DNA from: Nitrospirota bacterium
GTDB taxonomy: Bacteria > Nitrospirota > UBA9217
NCBI GenBank assembly: GCA_963796285.1
Contig: CAWCKW010000012.1
Span: 768,001-832,000 of the forward strand
Length of the DNA: 64,000 nt
Reading direction: 5' to 3'
The notes beneath the pieces are model-generated. The model did not search any database and was not told the origin of the DNA. It saw only the letters and a program-made list of their open reading frames with translations. A program made the position numbers and the translations under genes. This document shows positions 35,459 through 44,713 of this stretch, piece after piece. The first letter of the stretch is position 1. Each line of letters starts with the position of its first letter.

Positions 35459-35536
35459 AGAATTGTCAATACCTCGTCCTCTGTCTTACATAGTGGCATA
35501 GGGGAGACGTTTTCATGACGTAATTCCAGAATAATA

Positions 35537-35565
35537 TTGACATTGCCATATATTTTTGTTATTCT
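35537..35565 (+). promoter_or_regulatory. Sigma70-type promoter of the GGDEF-lipoprotein pair
   Basis: TTGACA-N17-TATTCT, extended -10 TG. Confidence 0.6.
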
Positions 35566-35592
35566 AAAAATGTTTGCAATGGCTTATCAAAC

Positions 35593-36975
35593 ATGACTAT
35601 TCTGATCTCTCCTAAGATACTGGACAAGCTGGTCCCGACAGGCCTTTTTGCACGTCTCAACATCGCTAACAAAATGCTTTTGGGGTACATGACGCTTGTC
35701 GTGCTCACCGTTATTGTCGTTGCCTATGCCCTCATCAGCCTGCAGCGAATCAATACCTTGAACAGAAGCATTGTTAAAGTTGATATTATGGTGGAAGAAT
35801 CATCTGACAAGATGCTTGATGCCCTGCTCGGCCAGGACATGTACGAGAAGCGCTTTTTGATCCTCAAGAGCAAAGATATGATGGACCTCTTTGCGACACG
35901 GGGAAAGGAATTCAATACGTGGTTTACAATACTCAAGGGCCTTCCCGGCGCGTCCGGTCTTCCCATAGAAAAAACTGAGAAACTTTATCGAAAATACACG
36001 GACCTTTTTACCAAAGAGATCCAGTTGATACGATTAAAGAAGGTAGAGCAGGCATACGCTGTCTCGAATAAAGATCTGAGAAGCGTTACCGATAAGCTTA
36101 TCGAAACACTCAAGGCCATCTCCTCAACTGCCAAGGAAAACCAGGACTTGAAAATGAAACAGATATCCGCTATCGGCGGCAGTGCTTTCCAAACAACGGC
36201 GGTTCTCTGCCTGATAAGCATTATTGCAGGAGCTCTGGCTGTGCTTGTCGTTACCCATCACATTTCATCCTCGATCAATAAATTAAAGGAGGCGACCGAG
36301 CGTGTCTCTGAAGGAAACTTTGATTACGATCCAAAAATCACGACAGAAGATGAAATCGGTAATCTTTCCGATGCGTTTTTGGCCATGGGAAAACGGCTCA
36401 GGAAACTCGAGGAAATGTATCTGGATGCCAGCCCCCTGACCCGCCTGCCGGGTGGAATTGCCATCGAGACGGTTCTTAAAAAACGGATCGACTCCAAACA
36501 CCCGCTCGCCTTCTGTGTCCTCGACCTTGACAATTTTAAGGCATTCAACGACCGGTACGGCTATGCAAACGGCAGCGAGGTCATTAAAGAAACCGCAAAG
36601 ATCATCGATAACGTGGTAAAGACCAAAGGCTCTCCCGACGATTTTATCGGACATGTAGGCGGCGATGACTTTGTGGTCATCACTACGCCGGAATTTATGC
36701 GAGAGCTCTCCACCGAAATCATCAACCAATTCGACCGACGCATACCCGATTTCTACGACCGTGAGGAACGAGAGCGGGGCTATATCCTCGGGAAAACGAG
36801 GCAGGGTATAGAGATGGAATTTCCCATCATGAGCATCTCTATTGCAATTGTGACGAATGAACATCGGAAACTCACCAATCACCTGGAAGCTTCGGAGATC
36901 GCCGCCGAGTTGAAAGACTACGCTAAATCGATACCGAAAAGTGTTTTCGTTGTGGACAAAAGGAGGAATGCGTGA
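35593..36975 (+). CDS. Membrane sensor (2 TM, periplasmic helical domain)-HAMP-GGDEF dinucleotide cyclase
   Basis: Two TM segments, HAMP (DEIGNLSDAF..M), LDLDNFKAFNDRYG, GHVGGDDF. Confidence 0.9.
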   Translation: MTILISPKILDKLVPTGLFARLNIANKMLLGYMTLVVLTVIVVAYALISLQRINTLNRSIVKVDIMVEESSDKMLDALLGQDMYEKRFLILKSKDMMDLFATRGKEFNTWFTILKGLPGASGLPIEKTEKLYRKYTDLFTKEIQLIRLKKVEQAYAVSNKDLRSVTDKLIETLKAISSTAKENQDLKMKQISAIGGSAFQTTAVLCLISIIAGALAVLVVTHHISSSINKLKEATERVSEGNFDYDPKITTEDEIGNLSDAFLAMGKRLRKLEEMYLDASPLTRLPGGIAIETVLKKRIDSKHPLAFCVLDLDNFKAFNDRYGYANGSEVIKETAKIIDNVVKTKGSPDDFIGHVGGDDFVVITTPEFMRELSTEIINQFDRRIPDFYDREERERGYILGKTRQGIEMEFPIMSISIAIVTNEHRKLTNHLEASEIAAELKDYAKSIPKSVFVVDKRRNA

Positions 36976-37415
36976 AGAAGGTTATTGTACTGCTTGCAGT
37001 AATCTGGTTTGCCGGCTGTGCCACAAAGAGCGTCGTGACCGTGACCGGACCGGAAAAGCAGTTTCAGGATGCGGCCGTCTCCGTGAAAGAAAAACGATTC
37101 AAAGAGGCTGCCGCGGCTTGTAATCAAATCATGGCCGACGCCCCTGACTCCCCACTGGCCGCTGACGCACTGTTCGAGCTTGCCCTCATCAACGCATATC
37201 ATGATAATCCCCAACGGGACTATGCACAGGCAACTCGTACATTTTCGGAATTCCTCAAACGCTATCCTAATAACAGACGAGCGGACGAAGCACAGACCTG
37301 GATTTCAGTACTCAGAACAATCCAGGAGTTAAAAAAACAGAATGAACGTCTCAATGAGAGCATTGAGGAATTAAAACAACTTGATATCAGGCATGAGGAG
37401 AGACGAAGAAAATAG
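36972..37415 (+). CDS. TPR lipoprotein with C-terminal coiled coil (QseG/YfhG-like)
   Basis: Lipobox FAGC, TPR-like A..ALFEL...F..YP, heptad tail ending LKQLDIRHEERR; 4-bp overlap with upstream gene. Confidence 0.8.
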   Translation: MKKVIVLLAVIWFAGCATKSVVTVTGPEKQFQDAAVSVKEKRFKEAAAACNQIMADAPDSPLAADALFELALINAYHDNPQRDYAQATRTFSEFLKRYPNNRRADEAQTWISVLRTIQELKKQNERLNESIEELKQLDIRHEERRRK

Positions 37416-37417
37416 GC

Positions 37418-38302
37418 TCACTTACGTATTCTTTTTTGTTGTGGTGAGAGATAGGGTTCTAATTCTGCACTGGCCGTGCTTCTCACCTTGCCACCTTCAG
37501 CAAGATAATACGTCCCGCCGTATGGATCCCGTGGTAACTGGCTAATGATATTTTTGTTCACTAACGCATCAATACTTGTTGGGATTTTTCCGTATTTCTT
37601 TTTAAATTCTGTTACCGCGCTTTCAAGATAAAGAATTGACCTCAGCGCCTGGATGCGGGTCTCAAAGCGCTCCTTTATGCTTCTATCGTCGGAATTTTTA
37701 GAAGTCTGTTCTAAAAAATAAATTGCGGTTTCTATGCGATTTTCTTTATAGGCAAGTCGGGCGGCAATGCTTGCTAGCATCGGATCTCCACCGGGCCTGC
37801 GCGACGCTTCCATCAGAAATTCAGCAGATTCGCTGTCATCATTTAGAAAATAAAATTTATTAAACCCGATGAAAAACGGAAGCATCCAGTCCCAGTCCCG
37901 ATAACGGCTCCCCTTTGCCAAGAGAAGGTTCGTCTCTTTTACCATGCCCGCATCCCAAGGCAGGAAAGCGTTCGCATAATAATAGGGATCAAAAAAATAG
38001 GGGTCTAAGTCAGTCGCTGTATCGAGAACCTTCAAAAGCCATTGCCATTCCCATTCTTTAACCGGGTTTTTCCCCTTTCTTTGCTGTGTCGTACCAATGA
38101 AGACCATTGAATTAAGAAAATAAACGTCTGACGCAAGACCGCGGAACTCAAGAGCGGCTATTTTTATCAACGACGAAGGCAAAACAACTGACTGATCTGT
38201 TTCTTGAGGTAGTATTTTATATGAGTCAGACGCTTTACTGAGCGAGGTGATATGAAGAAATACAGCAAAGATTAGGAACAGAACAGTGGTCAGCGTGCGC
38301 AT
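37418..38302 (-). CDS. Pilin-locus accessory membrane-anchored protein (TPR-like, GspG-like C-terminal motif)
   Basis: N-terminal TM, ATDLDPYF, C-terminal FKKKYGKIP..L.....PRDPYGG.Y; coupled to ABC permease. Confidence 0.75.
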   Translation of the reverse strand: MRTLTTVLFLIFAVFLHITSLSKASDSYKILPQETDQSVVLPSSLIKIAALEFRGLASDVYFLNSMVFIGTTQQRKGKNPVKEWEWQWLLKVLDTATDLDPYFFDPYYYANAFLPWDAGMVKETNLLLAKGSRYRDWDWMLPFFIGFNKFYFLNDDSESAEFLMEASRRPGGDPMLASIAARLAYKENRIETAIYFLEQTSKNSDDRSIKERFETRIQALRSILYLESAVTEFKKKYGKIPTSIDALVNKNIISQLPRDPYGGTYYLAEGGKVRSTASAELEPYLSPQQKRIRK

Positions 38303-39114
38303 TACGGGAACTCCTTCTTCCCGAAGATAAGCGCTGCCAGAGTGATCGATAATGTTATGTAGACGATGCCATATACCGTAGTCCACAAAACAAAAGACGG
38401 GGTAACCGTGAGGGCGTGGGCAGCCTGAAGTTTAATGTCGAAGAGGGAAAGGTTGGGAAAGACATAATATGCCGCCTTGACCATATTCAAGGTCACGGGA
38501 GAAACGGTAAAGCCTATTGCCTGGGGCGAGGATTCCACAAGTGCCTTGACGCCGCTTATAGATTGGCCGATGATATACGTAATTATTGTCAGGACCAGCG
38601 TGACAAACGAAGATGTCGTAAAAGAGGCGAAGAAAAAACTGATGGCAGACAGCAGGATCAGCATGAGCATGTTGAATAATATGGCAAGCGTAATAAGAGA
38701 CAATGAAAATCTCGCAAAATATTCGGCATGCGTGGATTTTAAAAGAACGATATCTGCCATTGCCATTAAGCTCAAGGCGCTCATGGTTACGATGATCAGG
38801 AGGGCCATACCGAGAAATTTGCCGAATATGTATTGGGAACGCGAAATCGGCCTTGATAAGACCGTATAAATCGTGCGCTTATCGAGATCCTTTGCCATGA
38901 GGTTGATCCCCACAAAAAAGACAAGGAGCAATCCGGTAAATGATATCGTAGAAAGAGCCATGTCGACGGTCACTTTGCCTACTTCTCTCGGGATCATGGT
39001 TGCGATCAATGCCGTTGCACCAAAAAGTATGAGCGCGATGAGCGTAATTCCATACAAGGCCTTGTTTCTGATGCCTTCTTTGAAGGTAATGAGCGCTATG
39101 GGCCAGAGAGTCAT
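38302..39114 (-). CDS. ABC transporter permease (PilI-like)
   Basis: IA..TFKEGIR, KRTIYTVLSRPISR...GKFLG, FPNL, ends F.KKEF. Confidence 0.88.
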   Translation of the reverse strand: MTLWPIALITFKEGIRNKALYGITLIALILFGATALIATMIPREVGKVTVDMALSTISFTGLLLVFFVGINLMAKDLDKRTIYTVLSRPISRSQYIFGKFLGMALLIIVTMSALSLMAMADIVLLKSTHAEYFARFSLSLITLAILFNMLMLILLSAISFFFASFTTSSFVTLVLTIITYIIGQSISGVKALVESSPQAIGFTVSPVTLNMVKAAYYVFPNLSLFDIKLQAAHALTVTPSFVLWTTVYGIVYITLSITLAALIFGKKEFP

Positions 39115-39854
39115 AATGAAGTCTCTTTTCCCGATGCCGCGACTTCCCTCATGAACACCGCTTCCAGATTTTTTCCATCAGACAGCAAATTGCTCAGCGT
39201 ATCGACAAGTCTGAGCTTACCGCCGATGATGATTCCTGCACGGTCGCTGAACCGTTCTATATCATTCAGAATGTGAGAGGAGAAAAAAACAGTCTTTCCC
39301 TGTCCTTTCAACTCAACCAGGAGATCACCTACCATCTTCCTGCCGATGGGGTCGAGTCCGCTCATGGGCTCATCAAGAATAATTACATCAGGATTATGGA
39401 CCAGTGCCAAAGCCAATCCCGCCCTCTGCAGCATTCCTTTTGAATAAGTTCTTAACGGCCTCTTCCTGGCGTTCTGCAGACCGACTTTCTTGATGAGCAA
39501 ATCAGACTGTTCCCGGATACTCTTCGAATCCATACCGGATGTTTTTCCGCCAAACCACAACAGCTCGTCTGCGGTCAGATAATCATAGAAATAAGGGTTT
39601 TCGGGAAGATATCCAACCAGTCTGCGGGCTTCTGTATCACGCACGTCTTTGCCCCTGATTTCCGCCTTGCCGGTATCAGAAAAAATAAGATTCATCAGTA
39701 TCTTGATGGTCGTTGATTTACCCGCGCCGTTCGGACCAAGAAATCCGAACACCTCTCCGTGCTTAATCTCAAGATCAAGTCCCTCCAGCGCCCTTATTTT
39801 TTTCCCGGTAATGCCTTCTTTGAATTCTTTTGATATTCCTTGAATATTGATCAT
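39111..39854 (-). CDS. ABC transporter ATP-binding protein (PilH-like)
   Basis: GPNGAGKST, GYLPENPYFY, YSKGM, LDEPMSGLDP. Confidence 0.93.
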   Translation of the reverse strand: MINIQGISKEFKEGITGKKIRALEGLDLEIKHGEVFGFLGPNGAGKSTTIKILMNLIFSDTGKAEIRGKDVRDTEARRLVGYLPENPYFYDYLTADELLWFGGKTSGMDSKSIREQSDLLIKKVGLQNARKRPLRTYSKGMLQRAGLALALVHNPDVIILDEPMSGLDPIGRKMVGDLLVELKGQGKTVFFSSHILNDIERFSDRAGIIIGGKLRLVDTLSNLLSDGKNLEAVFMREVAASGKETSL

Positions 39855-39960
39855 GAGCGGTTATCCGTAGTTTTAAGATTAGAAAATAGAAATGAAATCC
39901 GGGGAATAGCAAACTATCGCTGTTAGACTTTGTATTATATATTATGAGGAACATGCTGTC

Positions 39961-39990
39961 AAGAAAAAGGCCGGGGGATTCCCGGCCTTT
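39961..39990 (-). terminator. Rho-independent terminator of pilin gene
   Basis: Minus strand AAAGGCCGGG-aatcc-CCCGGCCTTT followed by TTCTT. Confidence 0.8.
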
Positions 39991-40028
39991 AGTAATAAAC
40001 AAAACTTAAACATCTTTTATTACAACTC

Positions 40029-40636
40029 TTACAATGCACCCCAAATTTTGAGACCCGAACCGTCTGCCAGCCCGTTGCAGACATCTGAACCACCTATACC
40101 AAGAAAATCGCTGGTGGTAGCGGAAGCGACAGGGGCAGGCACAGCAGCATTAGTAAAGGTTCCTGCAACTGCGCCATTGATCCAATAAATGGGGGTAAAG
40201 TCGGAATCAGCACCGAAGCATCTGTCACCGCTCGAGTTTTTCGATACCATGGTAAATGTTCCCCCGTTAGCAGAGGTGGCTATTACGAGATTCACGTTCT
40301 GAGAAATGCCGGTATTAAATGTTGTATCTGCGCTCGGAGCAGTCGCTGAAATTGTGTTTTTTACGACAGTGGCCTGTGGGTTCGCGGAAGTATTCGAGAG
40401 AACAAGCGCCAACTACCAGGAGTACCATCAGCCTTACTCGAGGAATATACCTGCCAGTCAGAGAAGAACGACTCCATAGCTGTGCGCGCATTACGCAAGT
40501 CAGCAGTAGCAGCCGCGTTGTAACCTTTAATACGATAAGCGCTGAACTGCGGGATGGCGATGGCCGCCAAAATGGCGATGATGGCCACCACGATCAGGAG
40601 TTCGATAAGGGTAAAACCTTTTTTATTCATCTTCAT
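40029..40636 (-). CDS. pilA: Type IVa major pilin, one frameshift near 40410
   Basis: KKG/FTLIELLIVVAIIAILAAIAIPQF prepilin motif with E5; C-terminal globular part with two Cys in a second frame. Confidence 0.9.
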
Positions 40637-40781
40637 TGTATTACCTCCCATAAAAAAATAGTTTAACTTCCATTTACTGTTGTTTGTCACAAATATAATT
40701 CAACTTAAGGCCTCTTATGGGATGTCTCACCTCCTTTCAAAGGACTCAAGTTTTTATCCATCGGATTTCGCTATTATGATT

Positions 40782-40798
40782 TGCAGATTGTATGCCAT
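40782..40798 (-). promoter_or_regulatory. Sigma54 (-24/-12) promoter of pilA
   Basis: Minus strand TGGCATACAATCTGCA = GG-N10-GC. Confidence 0.75.
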
Positions 40799-40940
40799 AA
40801 TATATCCTTGTATTATTCAATTAGGTTTGAACAATTTACGACAATAATGACCATAATTGTCACAACTAATGACAATAATATGTCAGTGTGTGGACTATTG
40901 ACAATAGATCCATGGATGGTAGCATCAGTCGCAGCCTATC

Positions 40941-42181
40941 ATGATATTTACCTGTTCAAAATTGATCACATTGCAGACCCCGGGCCCCATTGATAGAGAA
41001 TGGCGCAGATAGCGATTAATAATAAGGGGACCATTCTGGCAGTCGGCACATGCAGACAATATAATAAAAAGATTTTCCAGCCACCGCATTATCAGCGCTT
41101 GCACAACGCGGTTCTTCATGCCCGGCCTGATCAACCTCCATTCCCATCTCGAACTCCCTCCCCTGCTCGAAAGTGTTCGCGCTAAAACTTTCCCTGATTG
41201 GATTATTAATCTCATTCGAGCAAAGAAAGACCTGAGCAAGCAGGATTATCAGAGTGCGACAAGGATAAATATCAACACGCTCATCCAAACCGGCACAACC
41301 ACGGTTGGCGAGATCTGCACCCATGGTGTAAGCCCTGCCCTGCTAAAACAGGCGGACTGCGGGCTGTGGTATACCATGAGATCATTTCAATGAATCCTGT
41401 CCAGGGCGACCACTGGGTGCCGCCCCCAGGGCTCCCATCTCGGTCCATCGTCACTTATACAAAACGGCTATCTCCCCCACGCTCCCTATACAGTTTCAGC
41501 AAGCGGCATTGCGTGCGATCAGCCGACTCTCGCAGAAAAAGGATATCCGCATTGCCATGCATATTGCGGAATCAAAAGAAGAGATGCAGCTGCTCCAAGG
41601 AAAGAAAAGCGGTTTGGAAGAGCTTTATCGTCTTGCTGGATGGGACCTTGGCTGGGCGCCTCATGGCGATTCATCAATCGAATATCTCAAGCGCAATTGG
41701 TTTTCTCTCTCCCAATCTATTGGCTGTACATGCTGTTCAGGTTACGGAAAAAGACATCGAGATTATCAGAAAGTCAAAAGTATCAATTGCGCACTGCCCT
41801 CGGAGCAACAAGGAAACGGGGGTCGGGAAAATGCCGCTCAAGAAGTTTCTTGACGCCGGCGTCATTGTTGGTCTTGGCACGGACAGCCTTGCGAGTTCGC
41901 CGACCCTGAACATGTGGGATGAGATGCGTTATGCATACCAGATACACCGGCGGAGTGGCGTTTCAGCAGAAGACATCTTCAGACTCGCGACCATCAACGG
42001 TGCAAAGGCCCTCGGTTTGGATAAAGAGATCGGCGCTCTTGAACCGGGCAAAAAGGCGGACATCATAGCTGTTCCTCTTCCCGTGAAAAATACGGGTGAC
42101 ATCTATTCCGACTTGCTCAGAGAAACGAAATCATGTATTATGACCATGGTCAACGGGAAAATTCTGCACAGATCATTATAA
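40941..42181 (+). CDS. Amidohydrolase, probable aminodeoxyfutalosine deaminase, frameshifted
   Basis: PGLINLHSHLE, HIAES, AVHAV, HCPRSN, LGTDSLAS, GKKADII; directly upstream of mqnE-mqnC. Confidence 0.8.
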
Positions 42182-42211
42182 TTCTACCCTCCCCGATCGA
42201 CACTACAGAAT

Positions 42212-43285
42212 ATGAGCATTAACTCTATTAAAGAAAAAGTTATTACCGCCCGCCGCCTCACGCGCAAAGATGGGATCGAACTATATAAATCGAACGACCT
42301 GCTTGCACTCGGGCGCATGGCGACCCATGTCGCACAGCACAAGAACGGCAACCGGGCCTATTTCGTCCAGAATATGCATATCAATCCCACAAACATCTGC
42401 GTGAATCGCTGCAAATTCTGTGCGTTCAGCAGGAGCAAGGGCGAGCCGGGCGCATACGAGATGAGCATCGATGATATACTGAACAAGGCGCGCAGCGCGG
42501 GAAAAGGAGTTCGTGAGCTCCATATCGTATCCGGCCTCCACCCGGATCTGCCTTTTACATGGTATCTTGACATGCTCAGCGCCTTGAAACAATCATTTCC
42601 GAAGTTACACCTCAAAGCATTTACTGCCGTGGAGATCGATTATCTGGCGAAACTATCCGGTCTGAGCATCATTGATACGTTAAAGCAACTCCGCGATGCC
42701 GGACTCGGTTCTCTCCCCGGCGGTGGTGCCGAGATATTCAATACCGCTGTGCGCAACACCCTATGCGCAGAAAAGATCAGCGGCGATCGGTGGCTTGAAG
42801 TGATCGAAACAGCCCACAGGATCGGCCTCAAATCGAACGCCACCATGCTCTATGGACATATCGAGACCTATGAGCACCGGATAGACCATCTGATCAGGCT
42901 CAGAGAGCTTCAGGACCGGACAGGTGGGTTCCAGGCCTTCATCCCCCTGAGTTTCCATTCGCAGAACACGGAGATCAAAAAAACCGCCTACACAACGGGC
43001 TTTGACGATCTCAAGACCCTTGCGATCTCGCGGTTGATGCTGGACAACTTCGACCATATCAAGGCATACTGGGTCATGCTGGGAGAAAAGATCGCCCAGG
43101 TTTCACTCAACTTCGGCGTCGATGATCTTGACGGTACCGTGGTGGAAGAGCGGATCACCAAAGCAGCGGGCGGGACCACGGACGGGAGCATGACGAGGGA
43201 CGACATTGTGCATCTCATAAAGCAGGCGGGACGTACGCCGGTGGAGCGGGATACAGTTTATAATGTCGTGAAGGTATGGAAATAA
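42212..43285 (+). CDS. mqnE: Aminofutalosine synthase MqnE
   Basis: HINPTNICVNRCKFCAF, PGGGAEI, NATMLYGHIE, HIKAYWVM, FGVDDLDGT. Confidence 0.93.
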   Translation: MSINSIKEKVITARRLTRKDGIELYKSNDLLALGRMATHVAQHKNGNRAYFVQNMHINPTNICVNRCKFCAFSRSKGEPGAYEMSIDDILNKARSAGKGVRELHIVSGLHPDLPFTWYLDMLSALKQSFPKLHLKAFTAVEIDYLAKLSGLSIIDTLKQLRDAGLGSLPGGGAEIFNTAVRNTLCAEKISGDRWLEVIETAHRIGLKSNATMLYGHIETYEHRIDHLIRLRELQDRTGGFQAFIPLSFHSQNTEIKKTAYTTGFDDLKTLAISRLMLDNFDHIKAYWVMLGEKIAQVSLNFGVDDLDGTVVEERITKAAGGTTDGSMTRDDIVHLIKQAGRTPVERDTVYNVVKVWK

Positions 43286-43361
43286 TTTACCACTGCAGCG
43301 GCTTTAGGAATGTGGACTAGAGACTAAACGCCATGAAGCTCCTTACCACGGATACACATAG

Positions 43362-44445
43362 ATGAACGCAGATTTAAAAAAAATAGTTACTCAAAGCTTC
43401 AAAGGCAAAACGACTTGACGCGAATGAAGGTCTTGCCTTGTTCAAGCACGCCGACCTTCTGACCCTCGGGGAACTCGCAAATGGTGTAAGAAAACGCCTT
43501 CATCCCGAACGGCTGGTGACCTTCGTCGTAGACCGGAACATCAATTATACTAATATCTGCGTGAACAAATGCAAATTCTGCGCGTTCTATCGCGAGGCTG
43601 ACAGTCCCGATGCCTACATCCTGTCAAGAGAAGAAATTTTTACAAAAATCGAGGAAACGCTCGCACAGGGTGGTACGCAGATCCTTATGCAGGGTGGTGT
43701 TCATCCAGATCTTGGAATAGATTATTTCGAGGATCTGTTCCGATCAATCAAGGCATTCTACACTATTCAGATCCATTCGCTCTCGCCTTCCGAAATATCG
43801 TATGTCGCAAATAAGGCTGGCTTAAGTATTAAAGATGCGCTTACTCGCCTCAAAGCTTCGGGCCTCGATTCGATCCCAGGCGGAGGGGCAGAGATCCTTG
43901 TTGACCGCGTCAGGAAAAAAGTGAGCCCGAACAAGATCAGGTGGCGTCAGTGGGCGGATGTTATGAGAACAGCGCATAATCTCGGCATGCCGACGACTGC
44001 CACCATGATGTTCGGCAGTGTCGAAACACATAAAGAGATCATGGAGCACCTGCTTAGACTCAGGGATATCCAGGACGAAACTGGAGGGTTTACCGCATTC
44101 ATACCCTGGACCTATCAGCCCGGCAACACCGAGCTCGGAGGCCGATCGGCAACTGCGGTTGAATATCTCAAAGTACTCGCTCTTTCGCGCATTATGCTCG
44201 ACAATTTTGACAACATTCAGGCCTCATGGGTGACACAAGGCGCGAAAATCGCGCAGGTTGCACTAGAGTTCGGAGCGAATGATTTCGGCAGCACGATGAT
44301 CGAGGAGAATGTTGTTGCTGCGGCAGGAATTGCCTTCAGAATGACAAAACAGGAGATCGTAAACATCATAAAAGATGCGGGCTATGCTCCTGCTCAACGT
44401 GACACAAGGTACAACATTCTGAAGAGAGAAGACATAAAATTATAA
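43362..44445 (+). CDS. mqnC: Cyclic dehypoxanthine futalosine synthase MqnC (N-terminus frameshifted)
   Basis: DRNINYTNIC...CKFCAF, ILMQGG, TATMMFG, NIQASWVTQG, MIEENVV. Confidence 0.95.
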
Positions 44446-44586
44446 TTGTGAGAAGGGAATAAACACAGCAAACTATTTTTTTTGCGCAGCATTTTCCGAT
44501 GAAAAATAAATAACGGATAGCTTGATACGTCGTATCAGATCTGAAGTGAAACTGAAAAACTTTATTAAACTAACGAGTTACATTTC

Positions 44587-44632
44587 CTTTGCACAATACA
44601 TGTGGACAACCTGTTATTAAGTCTGTGAATAT
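44587..44632. promoter_or_regulatory. Cluster of DnaA-box-like 9-mers
   Basis: CTTTGCACA-5bp-TGTGGACAA-2bp-TGTTATTAA-3bp-TGTGAATAT in AT-rich convergent intergenic region. Confidence 0.45.
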
Positions 44633-44713
44633 CTTTTTTTGGAACGCTGTCATAGCACGGCAAATGCAAATTGCATATTAAATGGGCACGCAAAGTTTAA
44701 ATAAAATGAATAC

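Noticed and set aside
35060-40800. GEMM (c-di-GMP/cGAMP) riboswitch near the GGDEF or pilin genes
   Set aside because: No GGCAAA..GAAA..GACGCAAA pattern recognised by eye; an Infernal scan would be needed to exclude it.
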